Source of the DNA: Candidatus Latescibacterota bacterium
GTDB taxonomy: Bacteria; Latescibacterota; UBA2968; UBA8231
Length of the DNA stretch: 64,000 nucleotides
Direction of reading: 5' to 3'
Assembly (NCBI GenBank): GCA_965221775.1
Contig: CBDCSU010000004.1
Location: 32,001 to 96,000 of the forward strand
Below the pieces are notes generated by a model, which was not told the origin of the DNA, did not search any database, and was given only the letters and a program-made list of their open reading frames with translations. Positions 37,723 through 49,300 of the stretch are shown here, in pieces; positions within the stretch are counted from its first letter, which is position 1; every line of letters begins with the position of its first letter. The position numbers and the translations under genes were made by a program.

Positions 37723-38601
37723 ATGCCGGCGGCCGTCCTCTCTCCCGGCGGCGCGAGGCAGGAGCTTCGCGCTCTCTGCCTGGCGACGCTGCACCAGCTC
37801 CTCGTCGAGAGCCGCTACCGCGTCAAGTTCGGCATCGATCTGCTCGGCCATCTCCTCGCGACGCTGCCCATCCTGCTCACGGCCTGGGCCTTCTCCGACG
37901 GCCGCGCTTCCGACCGGCTGGCGGAGCTCACGGGCCTGCCGGACCAGTTCACCTTCATGATGCTCGGCCTCATCGCCTTCACGGCCCTGGGCATCGGCAA
38001 CATGGTCCTCCTCGAGACCCACGTCGCCGGCGGTCTGGCCACGGAGATGACGACCGGCACGCTGGAGCGGCTGTTCACGATGCCCGTCCACCGCCTCAGC
38101 CTGGTCCTCGGGATCGGCCTCTACTACCTCGTCCTGTTCTGCTACCAGTCCCTCACATTGTTCGCCGGGGCGGCCCTGCTCGTCGGGTTCGAGCCCGCGG
38201 TCACGGCCGGCGGTCTGCTCCAGGCGGCCCTGGCCCTGTTCATGCTGCTGGCGCTGAACCTGTTCCTGGGGATCGCGGCGGCCGGCCTCGTCATGGCCTT
38301 CAAGGACCACACCGTCTCCGTCCTGCTCTTTCCCCGCCCCATGGCCATGCTGAGCGGCGCCTACTTCCTTGTCGAGCTGATCCCCAATCCCTTCCGGTGG
38401 CTGGCTTGGGCGAACCCCGTCGCCTGGGCCATCGATCTCTTTCGCGGCGCCCTCACCGGGACGACGCTCCTGGCCCCTTCGGTGGAAGCGGGAATGGCCA
38501 TCGTCGCCGGCATGGTGGCGGGCGTCGGCCTCGTTTCCGTTCTCCTCTTCCGCCGCATGATGGTCCGTCTCGAACGCACGGGTTCGCTGGCCCTGTTCTG
38601 A
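37723..38601 (+). CDS. ABC-2 permease
   Basis: EMTTGTLERLFTMP, SGAYF..NPVAWAIDLFR. Confidence 0.9.
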   Translation: MPAAVLSPGGARQELRALCLATLHQLLVESRYRVKFGIDLLGHLLATLPILLTAWAFSDGRASDRLAELTGLPDQFTFMMLGLIAFTALGIGNMVLLETHVAGGLATEMTTGTLERLFTMPVHRLSLVLGIGLYYLVLFCYQSLTLFAGAALLVGFEPAVTAGGLLQAALALFMLLALNLFLGIAAAGLVMAFKDHTVSVLLFPRPMAMLSGAYFLVELIPNPFRWLAWANPVAWAIDLFRGALTGTTLLAPSVEAGMAIVAGMVAGVGLVSVLLFRRMMVRLERTGSLALF

Positions 38602-38614
38602 TCGTCGGGGAGGG

Positions 38615-39019
38615 ATGGCACTCCATCACCTGAGGCTCAACGTCTCCGACCTCTCCCGGTCGAGGGCCTTCTACGCGCCCATGCTGCAGTGGCTTGGATT
38701 TCACGAACTCGACCCCCACTTGGGCACCGAGGGCCGGGTCGACCGCCACAGATTCCAGAAGGGCGAGTTTGTCTTCCTGTTGAGCGAGGCGGATCCGGGG
38801 TTGGAGCACAACCGGGGTTCGGTGGGGCTCCACCATCTGGCGTTCTCGGTGCCCAGTCGCGGCCATGTGGACGCCTTCTACCAGGAGGTACTCCTCGATC
38901 TGCCCGGCGTGGTGGTCGAGGACCCACCCGTGGACTGTCCCGAGTACAGGGAAGGCTACTACGCCACGTACTTTCTCGATCCGGACGGGATCAAGCTGGA
39001 GGTCACCTTCACGCCATGA
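38615..39019 (+). CDS. VOC/glyoxalase family protein
   Basis: LHHLRLNVSDL..SRAFY, GLHHLAF, FLDPDGIKLE. Confidence 0.9.
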   Translation: MALHHLRLNVSDLSRSRAFYAPMLQWLGFHELDPHLGTEGRVDRHRFQKGEFVFLLSEADPGLEHNRGSVGLHHLAFSVPSRGHVDAFYQEVLLDLPGVVVEDPPVDCPEYREGYYATYFLDPDGIKLEVTFTP

Positions 39020-39402
39020 TCAAGCGCTATCCCGGACATGCAGTGGGGAGAAGCGAGTCCGTCGAGCACAATGGAATTGTGTACACCGCCGTCATCGCAT
39101 CCGACCTGTCGCTGGACCTGAAGGGTCAGACCGAGCAGGCCCTGGCCCAGCTGGACCGGAACCTCGCCGAGGCCGGGACCGACAGAAGCCGCTTGCTCTC
39201 CGTGACGGTCTACCTGACCGACATCTCCCGGAAGCCGATTCTGAACCAGGTGTGGGATGCCTGGATCGGCGAGGAAGACTGGCCCCAACGAGCCTGCGTG
39301 GAGGTGAAGCTCGAAGGGGCTACCGAGGTCGAGATCGTCGCCGTGGCGGCGAAACAGGATTCCTCCGCTCATTCGGCAACTCCGATCCACGCGGAACCGT
39401 AG
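39016..39402 (+). CDS. RidA/YoaB family protein
   Basis: QTEQAL..L..AGTDRSRLLSVTVYL, NQVWDAW, PQRACVE, VEI; ATGA overlap. Confidence 0.88.
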   Translation: MIKRYPGHAVGRSESVEHNGIVYTAVIASDLSLDLKGQTEQALAQLDRNLAEAGTDRSRLLSVTVYLTDISRKPILNQVWDAWIGEEDWPQRACVEVKLEGATEVEIVAVAAKQDSSAHSATPIHAEP

Positions 39403-40493
39403 TCGTTCCCGGGGTCGCGGTACACGCTGTGAACGTGATCCGGGGGGTCCTCGCCGTTCTGAGGCGAGTACTCGAGCACCAGCGACGGACCGGTGACGCG
39501 GAAGTACGCGGCGCCCAGCACACCCAGCGGTCCCCACCAACCGAAAAACGTGTCGTCGATCTCCGCCGCCACGGTCTCCATCTTCACGGCAAAGTCGTCA
39601 TCGTTCATGAACCCCAGCCGCGCGGTGATCACGCCGAGGAGCAGCTCCTTCTGCGCCTCCGTCAGGTCACGGCCCTTGATGCCTTCCCGGTCGACGACTC
39701 TCCCATACTCCCCGGGCCCGAGCAACAAACCGATGGGCTGATCTCCGCGTATGGCCAGTCTTCTCTGATCCTCCGTGAGGCTCTCCATGAAGGCCTGCGC
39801 CGCGGCGGCTTCCTTGTGCGTGAGGAAGATCTCCTCCCCCTCGTGGATCACGCGGAGTGGCTGGCCGCCGGTGAGCATCGGCGAAAAGGAGAGGTCCGGG
39901 CCGAAGACGGTGGCGTTGATGGCGAGGTGGTGACCGCCGAACTGAAACATCCAGGGCTCGGTCGTGGAAGGCGCACCAAGAAAAGCGAAGCAGTAGAACT
40001 GGCTGCCGTATTTCATGAGGCGCAACCAGTCACCTGGGACCAGCGTTTCTTCCGCAGCCAGTTGATGGACGATGTTCCGGACGCCCTCTTCGCTCAGAAG
40101 CTCGGCGAGGAGGTTGTCCAGATTCGCCCGCTGCGAATCCGAGAGTGCACCGAGCCTCAGGCCGCCTCGCGGAACCATGCTCTCGGGGAAGTTGGACCAG
40201 TTCGAACGCTGTGCGTTGTCGGTAAACGCATACGTTGCCGCTTGTCTCTGGTTGTCGTTGAGCGAGCCAAGGAGGTGAGTTGCAGCCGCCACGATAGCCG
40301 CGGTCTTCTCATCCGCGGGGGGCACTCGGTACGAGCGACGGAGAGTGATCTCTACCGGCGAGGAGTCCACTCCAAAGAACATGCGCGCCCCGGTGTGGGG
40401 ATTCAGAGCCAGGAAGAGAGCGAATGCGGTGAAGACGGCGGCCACCCCGAGGATGCAGACAAGGACGCGTTTCATGGTATTCCGATCAGACAT
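39369..40493 (-). CDS. DUF3500-like exported protein
   Basis: WSNFP, FLGAPS..PWMFQFGGHHLAIN, HVHSVYRDPGNDYG; N-terminal TM; start could be 40475. Confidence 0.8.
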   Translation of the reverse strand: MSDRNTMKRVLVCILGVAAVFTAFALFLALNPHTGARMFFGVDSSPVEITLRRSYRVPPADEKTAAIVAAATHLLGSLNDNQRQAATYAFTDNAQRSNWSNFPESMVPRGGLRLGALSDSQRANLDNLLAELLSEEGVRNIVHQLAAEETLVPGDWLRLMKYGSQFYCFAFLGAPSTTEPWMFQFGGHHLAINATVFGPDLSFSPMLTGGQPLRVIHEGEEIFLTHKEAAAAQAFMESLTEDQRRLAIRGDQPIGLLLGPGEYGRVVDREGIKGRDLTEAQKELLLGVITARLGFMNDDDFAVKMETVAAEIDDTFFGWWGPLGVLGAAYFRVTGPSLVLEYSPQNGEDPPDHVHSVYRDPGNDYGSAWIGVAE

Positions 40494-40498
40494 GGGGA

Positions 40499-41206
40499 CT
40501 ATCCCTGGTCGATGGAGTGCTCGCCGGATGGCCGTACCCTGGCCGCCGCGGGAGGCCCGAGGTTCCATCCCGGCTTGTCAGGAACCCATTGGAAGCCGAG
40601 GAGTGAAGCCCCCGAGTCCCGGGGCTCCACTGGTGTGAGGGTGCAGGCGATGCGGGCATAGTAGAAGGCGCTCAGCCCCTCGAACCCGGAGTCGGTGCCG
40701 ACGATCAGCCACAGCCGCCCTTTGCCGTCGGCGGTGACCTTCACCGGACTGGCGGAGTTGTCGAGGGTTTTGATGCGGTACTCCTCGCCGGGAGAGCCGC
40801 CGATGCCGACGAGGCCGGCCAGGACGTTGGTGGCCAGATCCAGGGTGAGAACGGCGGCGTACTCCGCGTCGGGCTCGAGGCCGTCGACCTGCCTCTTGTA
40901 GAACGGGAACAGGTCGTCGCTGCGGTTGTGTCCCTGCATGTAGAGGCCGTTGCCGTCGACCCCGTCCGGCAGGGGGCGATGCCGGGAGTCGAGCTCGTAG
41001 ATCGGCGGGTCGAAGTCCACCGGCAGGTCGGCGAAGCCGGCGGTCCAGCCTTCGGCGCCGTCTTCAAAGGCAAAGCTGAACTCGGCCTCGACGGCCTCCT
41101 GCTCGTCTGCCTCCTGGGTGGAGGCGCAGCAGACGGTCACGGCACAGGCTAGGAGCAGGGCCGCCGGGATGCGGTTCGGGCGCCGGGTCGGTCTCTTGCA
41201 GGTCAC
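40499..41206 (-). CDS. exported hypothetical protein, probably internally deleted
   Basis: signal peptide; GWTAGFADLP, GHNRSDDLF, LWLIVGTDSGFEG motifs; see findings. Confidence 0.65.
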   Translation of the reverse strand: MTCKRPTRRPNRIPAALLLACAVTVCCASTQEADEQEAVEAEFSFAFEDGAEGWTAGFADLPVDFDPPIYELDSRHRPLPDGVDGNGLYMQGHNRSDDLFPFYKRQVDGLEPDAEYAAVLTLDLATNVLAGLVGIGGSPGEEYRIKTLDNSASPVKVTADGKGRLWLIVGTDSGFEGLSAFYYARIACTLTPVEPRDSGASLLGFQWVPDKPGWNLGPPAAARVRPSGEHSIDQG

Positions 41207-41417
41207 GGGTCTTCCTCCATCGGGCTGTCCACGTGGTGCACGTAAGATACCCCGCCGTTGCCCATGCGACCGTGGATCAGTGCAGGCTTAGAGCGTTTCG
41301 TGGTGCCGGATCAACGGGGCAGCGCCCAGTCCCGTCAGCTTGACCCGGTGCCGAAGCCCCTTTCATCTTGACGGGCGCCCCATCTCCCGCCCTTCCCCCT
41401 CCGGCAAAGGTCCATCG

Positions 41418-43304
41418 ATGAGCTCCATCCAGATACGCGAAGGTCTGCAGAGCGACTATCCCGACGTGTACACCCCCGCGGCCCTCGCCGCCCTCGGAGC
41501 GCTGGCTCCCTTCAACCAGGAGCAGAAGGCGGTCATGGCCGAGCGCATGGAGCGGCGGGAGGCGCGGGCCCGGTACCGGGAGCGCATCGCCTTTCTCGAA
41601 GAGGACGACTGCATTCCCCGGACCCCCATCCGCGTGGGCGAGGCCCGGCGGGGCGAGTTCATCGGCTCGGAGATCCCCGCCGACCTGCGGCGCCAGTGGA
41701 TCCAGGGGACCGGCCCCGCCTGCAAGCCGCGGTCGCCGGTGGAGCGCAGCATCCGCAACGTCGCCTACGCCCTGCTCTCCGGCGCCGACGGCTGGATGTT
41801 CGACGGCGAGGACGCCCTCGGCCAGATCACCACCATGTCCCTCGACAACCAGCGGAACCTGGCCCTGGCCATCCGCCGGGATCCGGTCTTCCTGCAGGCG
41901 GCGGAGCAGGTGGCGGCGGAGATGAACGAGTGGGCCTCCGGCTTCTTCGGCCGCGGGATCGTCGACGACTGGGAGGGGCAGCTCGGCTTCACCACGAAGA
42001 TCTTCCGCGCCCGGGGGCTGCATCTCGACGACCGCCACACGCGGGACGGAGAGGGGGCGGCGCTGTCGGCCTCGATCGTCGACCTCGCCCTGTACGTGGC
42101 CAACAACCACGAGGAGCTTCAGGGGGCCGGCTCCTCCATCGTCCTCTACCTGCCGAAGATCCAGACCGCCGGCGAGGCCGCCCTGTGGGCGGAGATGCTC
42201 GACGCCCTGGAGGCCCACCTCGGGCTGGACCAGGGGACCGTCAAGGTCTACGTCCTCGTGGAGCAGCTCGAGGCGACCTTCCAGCTCATGGAGATCCGCG
42301 CCGCCCTGGGCCGCCACTTCGCCGGCTTCAACACCGGCCGCTGGGACTACATCAACAGCGTCTCCGACGCCATGGCCTGGGACCCGGGGTTCGTCAACCC
42401 CGACATCGAGGCGATCACCATGACCTACGGGTACATGCGCAACTACGAGGACCGCGTCCGCCGGGCCGTCAACACCGCCGACCGGGCCGGCGGCTTCGCC
42501 CTCTGGCAGGGGGGCATGGAGCCGAACATTCCGGTGGGGTCGGAGGAGGGGGTGGCGCTGAGCATGGAGAAGGCCGTGGCCGGCGCCGAGCGCGAGCAGC
42601 GCGAGGGGGCCAGCGGCAAGTGGGTGGCTCACTGGAAGATGGTCCACATCGTGCGGCCCGTGTGGGAGAGGGCGGGGGAGGAGAACCAGCTCGGCCGGCG
42701 TTTCCCGCCCCTCACCTACACCGAGGAGGACGCCGACGGCCTGACCCTGCTGGAGCCGGCGCCGCGCACGGTCCGGGGCGCCCGCAACCTGATCAGCGTC
42801 GCCGCCCAGTACGGCAACGCCTTCGGCCAGGGCTTCCAGGCGGCGGCGTTGAAGCCGGCCGACTTCTTCGGCGACGACGACATCCTCTACCTCATGGAGG
42901 ACATGGCCACCGGCGAGATCCGCCTGAGCATCCTCTGGGAGTGGCTCCACAAGGGCGGCCGCCTCACCGACGCCGACGAGGGGACGGGAGCGGGGGAGGG
43001 AGACGCCTTCGACCTGGAGCTGTTCCGCCGGCTGCTGGAGGAGGAGTTCGAGAAGCTGCAGAGCGCGGGAGACCGGGACGTGCACGACGACTCCAAGGGG
43101 ACGACGCTGCCCATCGCCCGCGAGATCGTCGAGAGCTACGTGCTGTGGGAGACCAAGGCGCCCTGGTACATCGACCTGCTGAACATCAACCTGAACAACC
43201 ACGACCTGGCGAAGGCGAAGGAGCGGATCCGTCTGTACTCGCAGGCCTTCGCCCGGGACGGTACGAGGATCACGGAGAACCTTGACTTCGACCCCGGTCC
43301 CTGA
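41418..43304 (+). CDS. malate synthase
   Basis: MFDGED, FRARGLH, YLPKIQ..EA.LW, VLVEQL, FNTGRWDYINS, GGM, GKWVAH, LMEDMATGEIR. Confidence 0.9.
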   Translation: MSSIQIREGLQSDYPDVYTPAALAALGALAPFNQEQKAVMAERMERREARARYRERIAFLEEDDCIPRTPIRVGEARRGEFIGSEIPADLRRQWIQGTGPACKPRSPVERSIRNVAYALLSGADGWMFDGEDALGQITTMSLDNQRNLALAIRRDPVFLQAAEQVAAEMNEWASGFFGRGIVDDWEGQLGFTTKIFRARGLHLDDRHTRDGEGAALSASIVDLALYVANNHEELQGAGSSIVLYLPKIQTAGEAALWAEMLDALEAHLGLDQGTVKVYVLVEQLEATFQLMEIRAALGRHFAGFNTGRWDYINSVSDAMAWDPGFVNPDIEAITMTYGYMRNYEDRVRRAVNTADRAGGFALWQGGMEPNIPVGSEEGVALSMEKAVAGAEREQREGASGKWVAHWKMVHIVRPVWERAGEENQLGRRFPPLTYTEEDADGLTLLEPAPRTVRGARNLISVAAQYGNAFGQGFQAAALKPADFFGDDDILYLMEDMATGEIRLSILWEWLHKGGRLTDADEGTGAGEGDAFDLELFRRLLEEEFEKLQSAGDRDVHDDSKGTTLPIAREIVESYVLWETKAPWYIDLLNINLNNHDLAKAKERIRLYSQAFARDGTRITENLDFDPGP

Positions 43305-46300
43305 GTCAGTCGCGTCCGAGCAGTCGCCCGAGCGGGTTGCGCGCCTGTTGGCGGGCGCCGCCCTCGTGGCCTCGCCCCTTGAACTGTTGGCGAGGCACGT
43401 CCGCCGGTCAGGGGGTTCGGCCCGGCTTCCGGCACCTGCGTCCGCCCCGCGGGGGCAGCATCCGGCGAGTGATGTCCGGCGGTCGGCGGGGGCAGTCCTG
43501 CCGCCGGCGAGGGTTGCCGCGCGGACGGCGGGCGCAATTCTGCCGCCGGCGAGGGTTTGCCGGTGGCTCTCGATCGCCGCCCTGCAGCTGGCGCTGGCCG
43601 CCGCCCCGGCGGGCGCCGAGCCTCCGGACGAGGAAGCGATCCCCCTGAGCGGATGGCGGGCCCTGGCCGTGCCCGTCTCCGGCATCACCGTCGACGGTCG
43701 CTTGGACGACTGGCCGGCGGAGATCCCCGTCCACCCGATCCGCAGCAACACCAACGCCTACGGCGAGACCGACATCAGCGGCGCCGACCTGGACGCGAGT
43801 CTGGACTTCTCCCCCTCCTTCCGCGCCGGGTACAGCCTCGAGGAGCAGCGGGTCTACGTGGCCGTCGAGGTGCGCGACGACAGCGTCCACGCGAGGCAGA
43901 CCGGCCACCAGGACACGGACGCCCTGGAGATCTACCTCGCCGCGCGGCCCGGCGCGGAGCCGGTCTACTACGTGCTCTGTCCGCCGGGGGGCGCGTACGG
44001 GCCCGGACGGCCGAACCCCTCCGTGCTCGTCCCCGCCCTTGGCGAGATGCCGCTGGACCGTTCCGGCTCGCGGGGGGCGGTGGGACGGGAGGGCGGGACC
44101 ACCATCTACGAGTGGTCCCTGGAGCTTCTCGGCGATTCCCTCGAGGACTTGGTCGAGCTGCGCCCGGGGATGACCCTCGGCTTCGACGTGGCGGCCGTCG
44201 ACCAGGACTCGGAGACCGGCACCGCCGCCTGGGTCTCCTGGACCCCGCCGACCCGCAAGTTCTCCGGTGGCGGCCGCATCGGCGGGCTGGTGCTGGGCAG
44301 GGGAGGGGGGGACCTCGGCGCGGTGACGCTGCGGGTACAGGACGAGGCCGGCGAGGCCCTGGCCGGCGCCTGGTTCGAGCTTTGGCAGGACGAGACCAAA
44401 GTGACGGCGGCCCTCACCGATGCCCGGGGCCGCTCTTCCGCAGCCGTCCCGGAGGGGACGTACGAGATCCGCGTGGCCGGCCACGGCTTCCACACGCAGG
44501 TCCTGGAACGCCGCGTCGCCCGCGATACTCCCGTGGACCTCGATGTGGTCCTGAAGGACCTGGGGACCCGCTTCCACGTGGACGACGACGCGTCCCCGGG
44601 AGGCGACGGCAGCGAGGCCCGCCCCTTCGCAACGATCGCCGCGGCCCTGGCCATCTGCAGCCCCGGGGACACGGTGCAGCTCGCCCCGGGCACCTACCAC
44701 CAGCCCCTGGAGCTGATCCCTCACGTCACCATCCTCGGCGCCGGCCACGACCGCACCCGGGTCGCCGGCGAGGCCCACTGGGGCCTGGGCCTGCGCCCCT
44801 TGATCACCTACTACGGGGGCCGGGGGGAGGACATGTGGGCCGTGCACCGGCCCGGCGTGACCATGGCCGGGTTCACCCTGGACGGCGGCGGCGAGTACCC
44901 CGACCGCACGGCGGAGGAGGTCTCCGACCTGCTGGCCGTGGTGACCGCCATCGGGCACCGCACCCTGGGGACCTACGCCACGGAAGAGGACGCGGCCGTG
45001 GTGCGGGAGCTTCTCGAAGCCCGTCCGGGCCTGGCCTCGGCGCGGATCCACGCGCCCGGCGCCTGGCCGGGGGGCAGCACCCTGCTGCACCGCGTGGTCA
45101 GCATCTACGACGATGCCAGCGACGCCGAGCACGAGATCGCCCGGCTGCTCATCGAGCACGGCGCCGACGTCAACGCCCTCGGCGGCCAGGCCCGCGGCCG
45201 GGGCGAGACCGCCCTCGGCTATGCCGGCTTCTTCGGCGATTCCCGCCTGGTCCGGCTCTACCTCGCCCACGGCGGCGATCCCAACCGGCCGGGCGCGTCC
45301 GGCCTGACGCCCCTGGACGTCACCGCCCACGAGGGATCCCACGTGCAGGGGAGCACCACCCACATCCCGGCCCTGGAAGCCCTGATCGAGGCCGGCGGCC
45401 GCCACGACCCGGGCCACCTCGTCCTCCTGCGCCACATCTCCCGGCTCGAGTCCGACCTCGACGCGGACCCGGCTCTCGTCAACGCCACCATCCCCCTGCG
45501 GCACGCCCGGGACGAGCAGGGCACGCCGCTTCACGAGGCCGCCGACGGCTGCGACGCCGAAATCGCCGGGATGCTGCTGGACCGGGGCGCCGACGTGGAC
45601 GCCCTCGACACCATGGGACAGACGCCCCTGCAGAGGGCCGCGCGCCGGGGCTGCGGCCGGGACCTGGGGGATGGAGGCCGCGAGTTCCTGGAGCTGCTCT
45701 TCGAGCGGGGCTCGGTGGACCTGACCGCCGCCGTGGTCCTGGGCGACGCCGCGCGGGTGGCGGCGATCCTCGAGGCCGACCCGGGGTCCGTCGACGCCGC
45801 CGACCCCGACGGCTGGACGCCGCTGGACGTCGCCGTGGACAAGGGGCGCGGGGAGATCGAGGCGCTCCTGCGCGCCGCCGGCGCCCCCTTCGGCCAGAAC
45901 GTGGAGGCCATGCTCCGCGAGGCGCCCTCCGGGCACGGCGTCCGCCGGGTGATGGCCCGCTCCGACATGGAGAGCGACGAGCCGGGGTACCTCCACGTGG
46001 AGCCCTCGGAGTCCCTCGACATCCGCGGCCCGATCACCCTCGCCGCCTGGGTCTACCGGGTCGACGACGGCGGCACCGCCATCGGCAAGTGGCGGCAGCT
46101 CGACGAGGCTTGGTCCTACGTCCTCCACCTGTCCTCGGACGACGGCTTCCACCTGCACTGGGAGGACGGGACCCAGTCGAACCTCACCGACTTCGCCATC
46201 CCCTACCACCAGTGGGCCCACGTGGCGGCCACCTGGGACGGCTCGCGCATGGCGGTCTACGTCAACGGCGAGCAGGCGACGCGGATGCGCGTCCCAGCCG

Positions 46301-49300
46301 GCAAGCGCATCGCCTCGACCGGCAACCCGGTCTGGATCGGCTCCAGCGGCTACGGGGACCGCACGCCGGGGCTGATCGACGACGTGCAGATCTGGAACGT
46401 GGCGCGCACGCCGGAGCAGATCCGGGAGTCGATGCTGCACGGCCTGGGCGGCGACGAGCCGGGCCTGGCGGGCTGGTGGCCCATGGACGCGCCCCGGCCC
46501 CTGGCCGACGGCTCGCCCCACGGCAACCACGGGCGGCTGCAGGGCGTGGCCCGGGTGCAGGCCGACGGGGTTCCCGTCGGCGAGGTCCACGCGCCGGAAC
46601 AGGCCCTGTGGCTGCTGGCGCCTGCGGCCCCCCGTGCGGCCGGGGGACACGACCGGCCGCAGGAGCCGCCCGTCGGGCGCACCGCCTTCGCCGTGCCGGT
46701 GTCGGGCATCACCGTCGACGGCCGTCTCGACGACTGGCCCGCCGACATGCCGGTCTACCGGCCGCGCGAGATCACCGGCGCCTACGGCTCCACCGACCTG
46801 ACCGGCACCGACCTCGACGAGAGCGCCGACTTCAGCCCCTCCTTCCGGGTCGGCTACAGCCTTCAGGAGCAGCGCGTCTACGTCGCCATCGAGGCGCGGG
46901 ACGACCGCGTCCACGTGACCCACCGCAACGTGCGCTCCACCGACGCGGGGGAGGTCTACCTCGGCGGACGCCTGAACACGGCGCCCTTCTGTTACAGCCT
47001 GGTCCCGCCCGGGGGCAGCTATCGGCCGGCGGGCAACCCGCTGGTCAGCTTCGACGACTGGGACGAGGAGTGGCCGGCGGAGCGCGTGGGGGCGGAGATC
47101 GTCTTCGGGCGCGCCGGAGACGTGAGCGTGTACGAGTGGTCGCTGCCGGCCCTCGGGGCCACGCCGGAGGACGTGGCCGCTCTCGCCCCGGGGCAGATCC
47201 TGCCCTTCGATCTGGTCGCCGTCGACAGCGACAGGCCCGGCGACACCTCGGCCTGGATCGCCTGGGGCCGGGGCCGGCCCAAGAGCCGGTTGGAGCACAT
47301 GGGCCGGCTGGTCCTGGCGGGGTCCAACCTGGGGACCCTGGAGGTGCGGGCCCTCTCCTCGGATGCACCCGTGGCCGGGGCCGGCCTCGAGTTGTGGCGC
47401 GACGGGGTGCTGGTGCTGGCCGACGAGACCGACGGCGGCGGCCTGGCGCGGCACTGGCTGCCCCCGGGCCGGTACACCCTCGCCGCCGCCCCGCGCGGGT
47501 ACCAACCCTACAGGCGCCAGTTGGAGATCCCCGCCGGCGCTTCGGCGCAGGTGACCGCGCCGCTCCAGGATCGGGGCACGCGGTTCCACGTGGACGACGA
47601 CGCGTCCCCCGGCGGCGACGGCAGCGCCGGGCACCCCTTCGGGACGATCCAGGAGGCCCTGAACGCCGTCAGCTACGGCGACACGGTGCAGCTGGCGCCC
47701 GGCGTCTACAGCCGGCCCCTGGAGCTGATCAGCGGCGTCACCATCCTCGGCGCCGGCCCCGATCGCACGCGGGTCACGGGGGAGGCCCACTGGGGCCTGG
47801 CCCAGCGCCCCTTCATCGGCTACTACAACGGCCTGTGGAACGTGGAGCTGCGCGACGTGGTCATGGACGGCTTCACCCTCGAGCATGGGGAGAGCTATCC
47901 GGCGCGGCCGGCGCGGGAGGTCGCGGACGGGCTCGCCCTGGCCATGGCCGTGGACGCCGCCGACGCGGCCACCGTCCGGGCCGTTCTCCAGCGCGCGCCC
48001 GGCGCGGCCTCGGACCGCATCCTGTCCCCCGACGCCGACCCCCGGGGCAGCACCTTCCTGCACCGCATCGTCAGCGTCTACGCCGACGCCACCGACGCCG
48101 AGCACGAGATCGCCCGGCTGCTGATCGAGCACGGCGCCGACGTCAACGCCCTCGGCGGCCAGGCCCGGGGCCGCGGCGAGACCGCCCTCGGCTACGCCGG
48201 GTTCTTCGCCGACTCCCGCCTGGTGGAGCTCTACCTCGCCCACGGCGCCGACCCCAACCGCGTCAACCCGACCGGGGGAACCCCCGTCGACGCCACCGCC
48301 CGCGAGGGGTCGCACCAGCGCAACCGGCCGACCTTCATCCCCGCCTTCGAGGCCCTGGTCCGGGGGGGAGGCCGCTACCACCTGGGCCACCTCGTCCTGC
48401 TGGGACACACGGAGCGCCTCGTGGCCGATCTGGACGAGGACCCCGGTCTCGTGGACGAGCCGGTCCCCCTCCGCTACGAGCCGGACGTGCGCGCCACCCC
48501 CCTCCATCAGGCCGTCAACACCCACGACGAGGAGATCGCCCGGCTCCTGCTCGACCGCGGGGCCCGGGTGGAGGCCGTCGACAGCCGGGGGCGGACACCG
48601 CTGCACCTGGCAGCCGGCAACGGCTCGGCCCCCGTGTTCGTGGAGCTGCTCCTCGAGAGAGGCGCCGATCTGGAGGCCCTCGACGCCGCCGGCCGCACTC
48701 CCCTGGCGCGAGCCGTCTACAACCGGCGCCAGGAGAAGGTGGAGCTGCTAATGGAGCGGGGCGCCCGGGTCCACCTGTTCTCCGCCGCCGCCCTCGGGGA
48801 CTCCGGGCGGGTGCGGGCCCTGCTCGCCGAGGACCCGAAGCGGATCCAGGCCCGGGATGGGGACGGCAAGACCGCCCTCGGCGTCGCCCTCGACCACGGC
48901 CGAGAGGAGTTGATCGATCTGCTGCGCGAGCACGGCGTCGACGATCCCGCCGCCGAGCGGCGGATCCTGGCCCGGGACGCTCTGACCACGGCGGCGGGTC
49001 TGACCGAGGCGATGAAGGCGGGTGACGCCGACGGGGTGCGGAGCCGCCTCGGGGAAGGCGAATGGCTCACCGTCCCGCCCGGCGGCGCCGATCTGTTCGA
49101 CGGGGAGACCCTGCAGGGGTGGTGGCCCCTCACCGGCGGCTGGCGCGTCGAGGAAGGACTCCTCCAGGCCCCGACCTCTCGCCGCATCCAGTTCCTGCTG
49201 TCGCAGTGGATCGCGCCCGGACCCTTCGAGCTGCGCGCCCAGGTGCAGCTGCTGGAGCGCGGACTCAACGACGGCAAGATGCTGGGCTTCCTGGACGCCG

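Noticed and set aside
41418-43304. Complete glyoxylate-shunt operon
   Set aside because: No isocitrate lyase in the window; malate synthase stands alone
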